NCBI RefSeq assembly: GCF_009914755.1
Contig: NC_060934.1
DNA length: 64,000 nucleotides
Strand: one strand, 5' to 3'
Source: the human T2T-CHM13v2.0 reference genome, Homo sapiens
Every line of letters starts with the position of its first letter. Position 1 is the stretch's first letter. The notes below the pieces were generated by a model. The model was not told the origin of the DNA, searched no databases, and saw only the letters and a program-made list of their open reading frames with translations. This document shows positions 15,881 through 32,770 of this stretch, piece by piece. The translations under genes and the position numbers were made by a program.

Positions 15881-17806
15881 CTGCATGCAGTGTTTATGCA
15901 CTATGTTCCCTCCTGAGAAGGACATTTTGAAACAATTACCCCTTGATCTTTATACTTTTGTCACGTTTACTATGCAACTTTTCCTTGGGCTAATTTCTCA
16001 ATCCATTCTTTTTGTGTCTGCCATTATTGATATCTTCGATGTTGGAAGGGTAGAGAGAGGTATTACTGTTGTATTTGAAGGAAACTGTGCTTGCCTGGCT
16101 CTGATGAAAACCAAGATTGCCTTGAAGAAGGCAAAGGGTACAGCTGAGATTTTGGTCATAATGGAAAGTACCAGATGCTTTAACATCCAGGTCTTGACTG
16201 TGCCCTTGACTGTGTCCCCAAACCAAAGAAAGTTCAGTAACCCGTAGCCACTCAGTGTTTGCTACGACAACAAGTAATGTCAACAAGAGATATTCTCAAT
16301 TGCCCAAAGAATTTATTATCAAAACAGTCCCCGTGACCTCATTCATTGCCCTTTGGACCAAGCACACTCTTCTGGCTTCTCTGCTGTTAGTACACTATTA
16401 TACATTTATTGAAAGTGGGGAAGCTACTTTCCTTCCAGACAGGACTCAGGTCTGGGCATCCATGTGTAAGGCCAAGATTATCCTGGAGGATTTGAGCTTG
16501 GAGTCTCTGGATGTGTTTCTACCAAATAGGAATGTCCTTGGATACTTTAAAGTAAAGGCGGATGCCTCTCCTTGTGGGTAGACCTCTCAGGCCTCTTGTT
16601 CCAAAACAAGTTAAGTTTTATCTGCACTGAAATTCTGCCGAAGTAGATAAACTACCCCTTTTTTGTTGGTCTCTGTGGACATTGATGGCAATATATTTAT
16701 ATTTGTGGCCTTAGTTCTCATTTGATGTTGCACATTCAAAATGCACTGTGGGCAACAGTCAATAAAAGTTTGATCATCCTTTTTCTGATTAGGCTAATGA
16801 GCATCTGATACTGAAACTGATACTTTAGTCACACACTGGAAAGGTTTTATGTTTCATCAACCGCCTTCTGTCCTTTTGTGCAGATCGTTATTAATTGAAT
16901 AGATGGGCATAGCCCTGTTCATGTTACGTGATTTGTCTTTTCCTTAGAATGATTCCCAGTGTTTTCATCATGTTATAACATTTGTCATCATCTTTCCACG
17001 TTTAATTTTGGGGTGGGGGCTGGGGGTCAAATAGCTCTACTTTCATTTCATGGAAATCATAGGTCTCTTTGTATTACCATTTGCAATTGCTTTTGTTCTT
17101 ATCAGACAGGATGAAATTAATAGTCTTCCTAAAACACCTCAGAATGAAGCTTAAATTTGCTGTAAACTAAGAACAAATGACACCACTCAATGGCAATACC
17201 ATCTGTGGTACATAGAACCCAAGCACTTTGATTCTTTCTAATGTAGCTTGGGAAATTTATAAATTGGATAAACATTCAGCATCATGTTGTGAAAATGTTA
17301 TTACCTGATTTTTTTTCCTTCTGTGGTAGAACTACAGTATGTTTTTTGAATCAAATGTGCTATAATATTGCCATATTTTAGTTTTAAATCTCACTCCACT
17401 GAATCTTAGTGATATATATGTGTTGAGATAAAAATATATTCTGGTAGGAGTTGGGACAGGAAATCAGGTCGCCTGAGCGATGGCTGTCTTCCCTGCAAGA
17501 ATGCGCAATTCACACACAATTCACACCTCTCTGGACCTTAGTTTTGTGATCAATATCATGAAAGGCTGAATTTACATGATCTCTAAGGTTACACTCAAAC
17601 TGTAAAATAATATTGTTTTATGAGACAATAATTATTGCATTTTGGTAAAATTTCTAAGTCACAGTAGTAGGGTCAGTGGCCATAAGTTTTGTTACTGAGC
17701 TGTTTATTTTTTGTCCTTGAAAACTGCTAAATAGTTTCTTAGCTATAGCCTTATTTTCTATATTACTATTTAGACATGCATTTATTAAGTAATAAGACAC
17801 TAAATG

Positions 17807-18119
<313 letters not shown>

Positions 18120-18409
18120 GACACTAAACTCGATACTGGGGATTAGAGAAAAAAGACATTTTTCTGCTTTTTTGTTTTAGAGTATAAACAGAATTTTTAG
18201 CTCCCTTCCACGATTCTGGTTTAAAAGTGTCTCCATCAGGTCACTGGAGTTTTTGATAGCTCATTCTTCCTGATCTTCCCAAGGTGAGTGCAGCATTTTT
18301 CTTTCCAAGAGCTCATTCTTCAGGTGTTAGAAACTGTGAGCCTGAAAACTGAAACTTCCTCTTCAAAATCTTGTCCATAGCTGGCGTTTTTTATTTTTTA
18401 AATCTATTT

Positions 18410-18570
18410 TTACTTTATTTTTTGAGATGGGGTCTCACTCTGTCACTCAGGTTGGAGTGCAGTGGTGTGATGTTGGCTCACTGCATCCTCCCGCCTCCCA
18501 GGCTCAAGTGATCCTCCCACCTCAGCCTCCCAAGTAGCTGGGACCACAAGCACGTGCCACCATGCCTGGT
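18410..18570 (-). mobile_element. Alu monomer / half Alu
   Basis: Single arm flanked by TAGCTGGC(G/A)TTTT. Confidence 0.8.
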
Positions 18571-19029
18571 TAAGGTAGCTGGCATTTTATTTCTGACTTC
18601 TCTGTTAAGTTACAGGCTTCAACTGGTGGGAGCAATGAAAAATGTCACCTGTGCCCTTTGGTTTCTCACCAGGAGTTTCACTCTCTCTAGTTAAGTAGCT
18701 TGGTATCTTTGGTATTTGGTCAGCCTGTTACTTAGTCCTCTCACCATCCACTTAGTGTGATGGCCAGCCCTTGATGTGAGTAACCTTTAGGTAACAGGCC
18801 TTTAAGAAATCTCTTCAGTTCTAAGGACATTATTCTAGAAGCTTAATTTTAGAGAAAATATACATTTTGTACACAATGCATGTCATTGGCAAGTCTAGAA
18901 ATATTTTATTCATTAATTTATTCCACAGATATTTACTAAATGTCTTCTATGTGCAGTTCCTATCTGAAGTGCTGGAGATAGGGGCAGTCCCTATCTGCAC
19001 CCAGCAGAATCGGACTCATAAAGTCCCTC

Positions 19030-19455
19030 TGTGAGCCCTCTTTTGCTACTGTAACACATTGCCACAAACCTAATGGGTTAACACACACAAATGTATTATC
19101 TTACAGTTCTAGAGGTCAGAAGTCTAAAATGAATCTGCAGGGCTAAAATCAAGGTATCAGCAGGGTTGCATTCCTTCCGGAGGATCAAGGAGAATTTATT
19201 CTTCGCTTTTCCAGCTTCTAGAGGCCCCTATGTTCCTTGGCTCATGACTCTTGGCTCATGGCTCCTTGGCTCACGGCCCCACATCACTCTGACCGCTGCT
19301 TCCATCAGCATATCCCCGTCGCTGCCTGTGTCCCTCCTGTCTTTCTCTTATAAGAACCCTGGTGATTATGTTTGGCTTCCTCCAAATACCCAGAATAGTC
19401 TCCCCATCTCAGGATCCTTGACTTAATTTCTATGCAAAGTCCCTTTTGCATAGAA
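19030..19455 (-). mobile_element. MaLR LTR (MLT1-type)
   Basis: Typical ...TTATCTTACAGTTCTAGAGGTCAGAAGTC... and CTCCCCATCTCAGGATCCTT motifs. Confidence 0.7.
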
Positions 19456-22277
<2,822 letters not shown>

Positions 22278-22519
22278 TAAAAGACGCACATGGGAGGGAA
22301 AAAATTGAGGATTCGCATGTTAGAGAATACCTTTATTATTTTCTCTCAGTTGTTTCTAGAGTAATGGTTTGAAATTAATTTTTAGTTAGCATTTCAAAGG
22401 CTTATGTTTCCATGTGAACTGTTTGTTTTGGCTTTTTCCCCTCTTTGGAAGCTTTTAGGGACTTCCTTGGTGTTCTGTAATTTTTGTGGTATGGTTTATG
22501 CAGATTTTTGTTTGTTTTT

Positions 22520-25200
22520 GAGATTCATCTATGCTTTTGCATCTATCATTAATTTATTGCTTTTATGGATGTGTATTATTCCATTGTATGGGTATGCCAC
22601 AATTTGTTTGTCCACTCTCCTGTTAACGGGTGTGTGGTTATTTCAGGTTTTGGGCTATTACAAATAAAACTACCAAGAACATTTTTGTGCAAGGATTTGT
22701 ATGATCATATAGTTTCATTATGCCTAGATAAAAACCTAAGAGTGAAATGGTAAGGTCATATGGTAGTTGTATGTTTAACTTTTTAAGCAACTGGTAAACT
22801 GCTTTCCATAGTGGTTGCAATATTTTACATTGATGTTGGCAATGTATGAGAGTCCCAGTTCTTCCACATACTCATCATTAACTGATATGGTCAGTCCTTT
22901 AACTACAGACATTCTAATAGGTGTGTACTGGTATCTCATTTGGTTTTAATTTGCAGTTGTTGAATGCATCTTTTCATGTGTTTATTGTCCATTCACATAT
23001 CTTATGTGGTAAAGTGTCTATTCAGACTCTTTATCCATTTTTTTATTGGGCTATTCAGTTTTTTATTGAGTTGCGACAGATCTTTATATATGTTCTTGGC
23101 TTATATATTCTGTCAGATATATGATTTATAAATATTTTGTCCCAATCTGGGTCTCATATTTTTATTCTCCAAACAGTGTCTTTCAAAAAACAAGTGTCTT
23201 CAATTTTGATAAAGTACAACTTATTTTTTCCTTATAGTGTTTTATCTTATAATGCTTTTCCAAACCCAGTATAATGAAGAATTTCTCCAATATTTTCTTC
23301 TAGAGGTTTTTCAGTTTTACCTTTCCAATCTATGTCTGTGATCCACTTTAATTTGGTTTGTGTATATGAGGTATGGATCAAAGTTCATTTTTTTCTTTTG
23401 CTTACCTAGTTGTTCCAGCATCATTTGTCAAAAATAAACCTATTGTTTCTCCACTGAATTACCTTTATAACTTTGTCAAAAATTAGTTGTCTATTTGTCT
23501 GTGAATGTATTTCTGAACACTTCCTACTGTAACTTTGATTTCTCTATTTTTACACCAATACCACACTGTTTTGATTACTCTAGCTTTATGATAAGTCTTG
23601 AAGTTGGGTAGTTTAAATCCTCCAATGGTGTTCTTTTTAAAAAGTTTTTTGGCTATTCTAGGTCTTTTGCAAGTCTATAAGAATATTAAAGCCAGCATGT
23701 CAATTTCTTAAAAAAATACCTGATGGAATTATGACTGATGATATTGCCTTGAATTTATAGACGAATTTAGGAAAAATGGACATCTTAACAATATTGAATT
23801 TTCTAATCCATGAACATAGTATGTCTCTCAATTTATTTAGGTCTTATTTAATTTCTCTCACTAATGTTTTGTAGCTTTCAATATACAGGTCTTATACATC
23901 TCTTTTGAAACTTATCTGTATTTCATATTTTGGGGCTATTGTTAATGAGTTTTAAATTTTCCATTTCTAATCATTTGTTGCTATTGTATAAAAATACACT
24001 TGATTTTTGCATACTGATTTTATATCCTGAAATTTTGCTAAATTCACTTATTAGTTCTGGTATCTTGTTTGTACATTCCAGAGGGTTGTCTATGTAGATG
24101 ATCTTATTGTCAGTGAATAAAGTTCATTTTCTTACTTCTTCCTTTCTAATCTCATCTCTTCCTTCCCAATCTCAACTTATTTGTATTTCTTTTTTTTTTC
24201 CTTAATGCACTAGCTGGAACCACCAGTAAAAAATTGAATAGAAATGATCTCTTGTTCCTGATATTAAAGGGAAATGTTTCAGTTAAGTTTGATGCTAACC
24301 ATTTACAAGGTTAAGGCTTCTATTCTGAGTCACTGAGAACTTTTATTAGGAATGAATGTTGGATTTTATCAAATGTTTCTTTGTGTACTATGGAGAGAAT
24401 CTTGTTTTTTTCCTTTTAGTTTGTTAATGTGATTAATTACATTGATTAATTTTTCAAGTGACAAACCAACCTTACATTTCTGAGACAAACCCCACTTGTA
24501 TCTTTTATATACATTATCAGATTTAATTTGCCAAGATTTTGTTAAGAAGTTTTGCACTTATATTCATAAGGTTATTAGTGTGTAGTTTTCTTTAGTATCT
24601 TTGTCTGGTTTTGGTATTGAAGTAATACTGACATTATAGAATGATTTGGAAAGTTTAATCTCCTCTTCAATTTTTTGGAAGAGTTTGTATAGAATTAATA
24701 TTGTTTGTTTATTAAATGTTTGGTAGGTTTATTAAATGTTTGGTAGTAATGTTTGGTGAAAGCCATCTGGGACTGGAATATTCTTTATGGGAAAAATTTT
24801 AAGTACAAATTCAATTTCTTTGATAGTTATGGCACTATACAGGTTATGTATTTCTTCCTGAGGGAGCTTTGGTAGATTAGATTGTCCTTAAAGGAATTTG
24901 TTCATTTTGTGTAAGTTATCAGATTTATTGGCATAAACTCGTTCATAGTATTCTCTTACTGACCTTTTAATATCTGCAGAATTCGTAGTCATTGTTACCT
25001 CTCTCATTCCTAATATTGGCCATTTGTGGTTTTTTTATTTTGATCCACCTATAGCTATAGGACTACAGATTTACTACATTTTCTCAAGGAACTAACTTCA
25101 ATTTTTATCTTTTCCACTTTACTTTGATATTTATGTATCTTAATTTTGGGTTTTATTGATTTATTTCTCTAGTTTTTTAAAAATGTCAGGATACATTTAA
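22520..25200 (-). mobile_element. Old L1M fragment
   Basis: Degenerate antisense ORF2 (QPLWKAV..LPYD; INVINHINKLK). Confidence 0.75.
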
Positions 25201-25285
25201 TTTAATGTAGTCATATTTGCATTTGAAGAAATTTTGATGAATTCAGTTGTGAATAATGTTTTACTTGGAGCATATAAAACAAGGC

Positions 25286-27142
25286 GTCCTCAGCCTAAAA
25301 GCTCCTTTAGCTGATAAACAACTTCAGCAACGTTTCTGGATACAAAATCAATGTACAAAAATCACCAGAATTCCTGTACATCAACAACAGCCAAGCCAAG
25401 AGCCAAATCAGGAATGCAATCCCATTCACAATTATCACAAAAAGAATAAAATACCTAGGAATACAGCTAACCAGAAAGGTGAAAGATCTCTACAATGAGA
25501 ATTATAAAACACTACAAAGAAATCAGAGATGACACCCAAATAGAAAAACATCCTATGCTCATGGATTCAGAGAATAAATATCATTCAAATGGCCATACTG
25601 CCTGAAGCAATTTATAGATTCAATGCTATTCCTGTCAGATTACCAACAACATTCTCATAGAACTAGAAAAAACTATTTTAAAATTCACATGGAACCAGAA
25701 AAGAACCTGAATAGCCAAGGCAATCCTAAGCAAAAAAAAAAAAAAAAAGAAACAAAAACAAAACAAAAACCACAAAGCTGGAGGTATCACGCTACCCAAC
25801 TTCAGACTATACCACAGGGCTACAGTAACCAAAACAACACGGTATTGGCATAAAAAGCAGACACATAGACCAATGGAACAGAATAGAGAGCCCAGAAACA
25901 AGGTTACATACCTACAACCATCTGATCTACAACAGAGCTGACAAAAACAAACAATGGGGAAAGGTTCCCTGTTCAATAAATGGTGCTGGGATAACTGATG
26001 AGCCATATGCAGAAGATTGAAACTGGACCCTTCTTATGCTATATACAAAAATCAACTCAAGAGGGATAAAAGGCTTAAATGTAAAACTAAAAACTATAAA
26101 AACCCTGGAAGATGACCTAGGCAATACCATTTTTGACATAGAAACTGGCAAAGATTTCATGACAAAAGATGCCAAAAGCAATCGCAACAAAAGCAAAAAT
26201 TGACAAGTGGGATCTAATTAAACATAAGAGCTTCTGCACAACAAACTATCAACAGAATAAGCAGACAAACCACAGAATGGGAGAAAATATTTGCAAACTA
26301 TGCATCTGACAAAGGTTTAATATGCAGTGTACATAAGGAATGGATTTACAAGAAAAAAACAACCCCATTAAAAAGTGGTCAAAGGACATGAACAGATATT
26401 TTTCAAAAGAAGACATATATGTGGCCAATAAACAAGTGGGAAAAGCTCAATGTCACTGATTATTAGAGCAATGAAAATCAAAACCACAATGAAATATCAT
26501 CTCACACTAGTCAGAATGGCTATTATGAAAAAGTCAAAAAACAGCAAATGCTGGTGAAGTTGCAGAAAAAAGAGAATGCTTATACACTGTTGTGGGAGTG
26601 TAAATTAGTTCAATCGTGGAAAGCAGTGTGGCAATTCCTCAAGGAGCTAAAAATAGAAAAACCATTTAACTCAGCAATTTCATTACTGGGCATATACCCA
26701 AAGAAATATAAATCATCACATAAAGACACATGCACACATAAGTTCATTGCAGCACTATTCACAGTAGCAAAGACATTAAATCAACCTAAATCCCCATCAG
26801 TGGTAGACTGGATAAAGAAAATGTGGTACATATATGTCATGGAATACTATACAGCCATAAAAAAGAATGTGATCATGTCCTCTTTAGGAAGAAAACCAAT
26901 TACCACATGTTCTCACTTACAAATGGGAGCTAAATGATGAGAACACATGGACACAAAGGGGAACAATACACCCTTGGGCCTCCTTAAGGATGGAGGGTGG
27001 GAGGAGGGAGAAGATCAGAAAAAATAACTATTGGGTACTAGGCTTAGTACCTGAATGATGAAATCATCCGTACAACAAACCCCTGTGACATGAGTTTATC
27101 TGTATAATAAACCTGCATATGTACCCCTGAACTCAAAATAAA
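25286..27142 (+). mobile_element. 5'-truncated older L1PA (PA13-16-like)
   Basis: ORF2 3' part (DWIKKMWYIYVMEYY) and an older-type 3' UTR ending GTACCCCTGAACTCAAAATAAA. Confidence 0.82.
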
Positions 27143-27239
27143 TTATTTTATTTTTGGTAGAGATGAGATTTCACTATGTTGGCCAGGCTGGTCTCGAACT
27201 TCTGGCTTCAAGTGATCTGCCTGTCTCAGTCTCTTTATT

Positions 27240-28835
27240 TAGTTATTTTGGACATAAGATTTCATGCTGCAAATTTCTTTATGAGCATTGTATAAACTGT
27301 GTTCCACAGATTTTGATATATGATGTTTTTATTCAATATATATGAGGAGTTTCTGTAGATCTTTCTTTTACTAATTCCTAGTTCAATTCCAATGTATGAA
27401 GATATTTTATATGACTTTAGTTACTTTAAACTTGTTAATGTTCATTTTATGGCCCAGAATATGGGCTATTTTGGTGATTTTTTCCTTGCACATTTGAAGA
27501 GACTGTGTATTCTGGTGTTACTGAGTTGTGTGTCTTTTAAATGTCAATTAAGTCAAGTTGTCTGATTGTGTTGCTCAGGTCTTCTATATCATTATTGATC
27601 TTTTGTTTGCTAATTTTATTGATTGCTGAGAGAGTTTTGAAGTCTACCAATTACGGATTTATCTACTTTTCCTTTTAGCTCTGTGTTTCATTCATATATT
27701 ATGAAATTCTGTTGTTTGGTGAATATACATTTACAATTGTGTGCTAATTGATCCTTTATTGGTATGTGTGCTCCTCTTTGTCCCTGTTAATATTATTTGC
27801 TTTGGAGTCGATATTGTCTGATTTTAATATGGCCATTCCTGCTTTCTTTTGATTATTATTTGCATGAACTATTCTTCTCTGGCCATTTACTTCTGATGTA
27901 TTTGTATCTTTATATATAAAATATTTCTTTAGGCCACAAATAGGTCTCCTTTTTCATCCAATTTGATGATTTCTCATTTAATTGATGTGTGTAAACCATT
28001 TTCATTTGATGTAACTACTAATACAGTTAAATTTCAATTTACTATCTTGCTACTTGTTTTCTATTTGTTTCATCTGTTCTTTGTGGTTTTTTTCCTTTCT
28101 CTGCCCATTTTGAATTGAGCTTTTAAAAATGATTCCATTTTATTTATGCTATTAATTTACTGCTTATATTTCTTACTAAAAGTTTCTTAGCTGCCCTCTG
28201 GCTTATGATATATATCTCAAACTTATCACGTCTCCTTTAAGTAAAATTCTGAAATTCACAAATAGTTTAAGAAACTTACAACAATATTCCTTGAATACCC
28301 CTCCCTATACTTTGTGTTATTGTTTTCACACATTTTATTTCTACGTCATAAACCCTTCAAAACGTTGTTACTATTTTTGCTTTAGACAGTCAATTATATT
28401 TTAGAATGATTAAAAAAATACACAAAGTCCTGTATATTTATTTTTTACCATTTCTGCAGCTTTTAATTTTTTGCATAGATCCATGTTTCTGGCTGGCATG
28501 GTATTACTCCCGACAGAATAATTTTATTTAACATTTCTAGCACAGGTCTTCTGGCAGTGAATTCTCTGTTTTTGTTCATCTGTGAAGGTTTTTATTTTGC
28601 TTTCATTTTTGAAAGATTTTTGTTTTAGTATAGAATTTTGGGTTGACATGGTTTTTTTTTTTTCATTTTTAACGCTTTAAAGATGTTACTCTCTTTTCTT
28701 CTGGTTTGCGGTGTTTCTGATGAGAGGTCTCTTAAAATTCTTATGTTCATTCCTCTGTATTTAATATGTCATACCTGTCTACCTTCAAGATGTTCCCTTT
28801 ATCTTTGGTTCAAGCCATTTAAATATGATGTGTTT
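27240..28835 (-). mobile_element. Ancient L1M fragment
   Basis: T-rich degenerate antisense L1-like sequence. Confidence 0.55.
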
Positions 28836-29088
28836 TAGTCAATAGAGGGTTTTGGTTGAATTTTTTGGTGGTGGTGAGGAATGAGCAGGTCCAGCCCTGC
28901 TGTTGTATCTGTTGTGCTGCAGCAGAGGTGTGAGTTTAGGAACATCATGTTCCTGTCCACCTAACTCCAACAGAAGCCTTAGTCTTGACATTTCCCTTAT
29001 TTAGCTGTTACTAAGGACCACAAGTTAGATGCATCCGAGACTTCCTTTCCTGAATTTACCACTGGCGTTAATCTACAGAGAACACTAG

Positions 29089-29376
<288 letters not shown>

Positions 29377-29382
29377 TAGTAA

Positions 29383-29721
<339 letters not shown>

Positions 29722-30254
29722 AGAACTTTATTTTATAATAGAAAAATACCGAGTAGATAGTTACATGTCCCTCCAAGGAACAGGTTTATTCCTTTCTGCT
29801 CCTTTTTGTATTCCAAGCAGAAAGATTTGATAGAGTTTGTGTGTGGAGCACCATGAAGGGAAGGGAAGAACACAATTCACTTTTATATAGTTGGTGAGTC
29901 GGGACAAATAATATGCAGAAAAGATGATAAAACACATGGAGAAGTCACAGGAGAAATGTAAAAATCATGGTAGGGACCTGATTAAGTAAGCACTGGGAGA
30001 ATGTGGAATGATGAAAATGATATGGAGTTAGTCAGGGAAACTGTCATAGAGAGAATGTCTAACAGAACTTTAATACTATGAAAAGGCTAGAGTCTCAAAA
30101 ATATGAATGGGCCTATATAAAGTGGACACTGGCTTAATGAATGTATGAAATATACAAAACAAGTGCCATTTAGGACCCTCTATAAACAGGCATCAAAGCA
30201 AAAATTGAGGGCCAATGCTACTTAAATGCTGGGGCAGTCTGAAATACCTTGAGC

Positions 30255-30555
30255 ATTATTTATTTATTTATTTATTGAGACAAAGTCTTGCTGTCACCCA
30301 GGCTGGAGTGCAGCGGCATGAATTGGCTCACTGCAACCTCTGACTCCCAGGTGCAAGCGATTCTCTTGCTTCAGCCTCCCGAGTAGCTGGGATTACAGGT
30401 GTGTGACACCACGGCTGGCTAATTTTTGTATTTTTAGTAGAGATGGCGTTTTGCCATGTTGGCCAGGCTAGTTTCGAACTCCTGAGCTCAAGTAATCCGC
30501 CCACTTCAGCCTCCCAAAGTGCTGGGATTACAGGTGTGAGCCACTGCACCCAACC
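30255..30555 (-). mobile_element. AluS
   Basis: Antisense Alu with (TTAT)n tail. Confidence 0.9.
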
Positions 30556-31358
30556 CACTTTTTAAAATTTAACAAATAGTTTACAAGTCGCGGCCTGTAG
30601 GTGATATTCTATGTTGTCCCATTTTTGGGTTAAGAACTGACTCCTGGTTGATCACACGGGGACCTTCTCCTGCAGGGATTCTGAGAACCACAGAGTGATT
30701 GTGTTTTGGAAGCAAACCCAGAGAGCTGTTTGAAGAACGGAGTCATGTGGAGAGGGGAGACACTGGCTCCTCTGATTGATTCTCATCAATTTTGGGGTGT
30801 TTGACTTTTGTGGCTCTGTTTGAAAGAGTCAATGTGAAAATGAAAAATGCATGGGCAACTCTGTTGACTGGCAAGTGAGTTTTAAAATACTGCTTTTTCC
30901 ATATTCTTACTCTTTCAAGCATGAGATTCCTTAGCAGGTATTCAAGGGAGAACACAGAATGCCAAGGACTATGCAAAGCCTGCGAATACCTGGAAAACCA
31001 GGTGCAGGCCCTGTTGCAACGTTGGGTGGGGAAGATAAGAAAATAGAAAACTATAATTGGGGGCAATCCGTACCTAGAGTAGAAGGCATTGGATGCAGGA
31101 TTCACACCAACAGTGGCAGCCTGTGAAGACCTGTTCCTAGGTGCTGGACAGAAAGTTTCTTCAATATGTAAAACATAGGGCTGTGCTGAAAGAGTGAAAA
31201 AGACAGCTCCGAGTGTCAGAATGAGGCTGGAACTCTTGTCAGGAACACACATCATTTGAGCACATGGAAATAATGGAGTATATATCTACATTGCCATCTT
31301 TTATTTTTTATTAATTAGCATAAAGCAATAAAGCTAATATATTTGTATATTTTTTTAA

Positions 31359-31526
<168 letters not shown>

Positions 31527-32469
31527 TAATGGCATCCTTCCTATTAGGGTCCCCAGATGTTTACACTGACGGTTACTAGGAATGTTAGTAAAAGTGGTCA
31601 CACTGGATTTCTTTAAATACTTTTTCAAGATATTCTTCTAATGCAGTTACCCAAAATACAGTGATTTACTAGTATTAGTTGACTGTGGGAAAAGAAATGT
31701 ATTTAATGCAAAGAGCAGTGAACTAAGTTTAGGAACACTGGGCTCTTAACTGATGTCTTGCCTCTGAACAATCATGTCCTGGCAAAGTTATGTATCTGTC
31801 TGAGCCTCCCTTTGCTGATCACAAAAGACTGCCGATTTTGAAGTGGTCTATGTTATTGCTAACGAAAACAATTAAAAATTAAATATGAGGCCAACTAGTA
31901 AATTTTTACTTGATTTTCAGTTTGACAAAAAAAGTGACATGTCTGGAAGATAAGGGTCAGCCACTTTTATTAGCTTCAGAGTGGTGGATATTAGCGCTTT
32001 TGTTACAATCTCACAGTTCCTTGAGGCTGCGTTCACTGATTTTTTCAGTTATTTTTTTCTCTACGTTGTTCAGATTGAGCCAATTCTGTTGTTCTATCTT
32101 CAAGTTCATTTATTTTTTCTTCTGTCCTATTCTTCTGCTAATTTCATTCAGTGAGTTTTTAATTTCACTTATAATTTTTAGTTCCAAAATTTCCATTTGG
32201 TTTTTCTTTTCTATCTTCTCTTTCTTTGCTGAGACTTTCTATTTTCTTCATTTGTTTCAAGCATGTTCATATAGCTTGTTGAAATATTGTTATGATGGTG
32301 CCTTTCATATCTTTGTCAGATAATTCATACTTCTTCGTCACCTTGATATTGGCATTTTAAAATTGTCTTTTCTCATTTAAGATGAGATCTTCCCCATTCT
32401 TGGTATGACAAATAATTTTCAGTTGAAATGTAGACATTTTGGTTATTATGAGACACTGGATCTTATTTA

Positions 32470-32770
32470 AATTATTTATTTATTTATTTGAGACAGAGTC
32501 TTGTCTGTCACCCAGGCTGGAGTGCAGTGGTACAATCTTGGCTCAGTGCAACCTCCGCCTCCCGAGTTCAGGCAGTTCTTCTGCCTCAGCCTCCTGAGTA
32601 GATGCAATTACAGGCGTGCGCTACCACACTCAGCTAATTTTTTTATTTTTAGTAGATACGGGGTTTTGCCATGTTGGCCAGGCTGGTCTTGCACTCCTGA
32701 CCTCAAGTGATCTGCCTGCCTCGGCCTCCCAAAGTGCTGGGATTACAGATGTGAGCCACTGCACCTGGCC
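32470..32770 (-). mobile_element. AluS
   Basis: Antisense Alu consensus. Confidence 0.9.
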
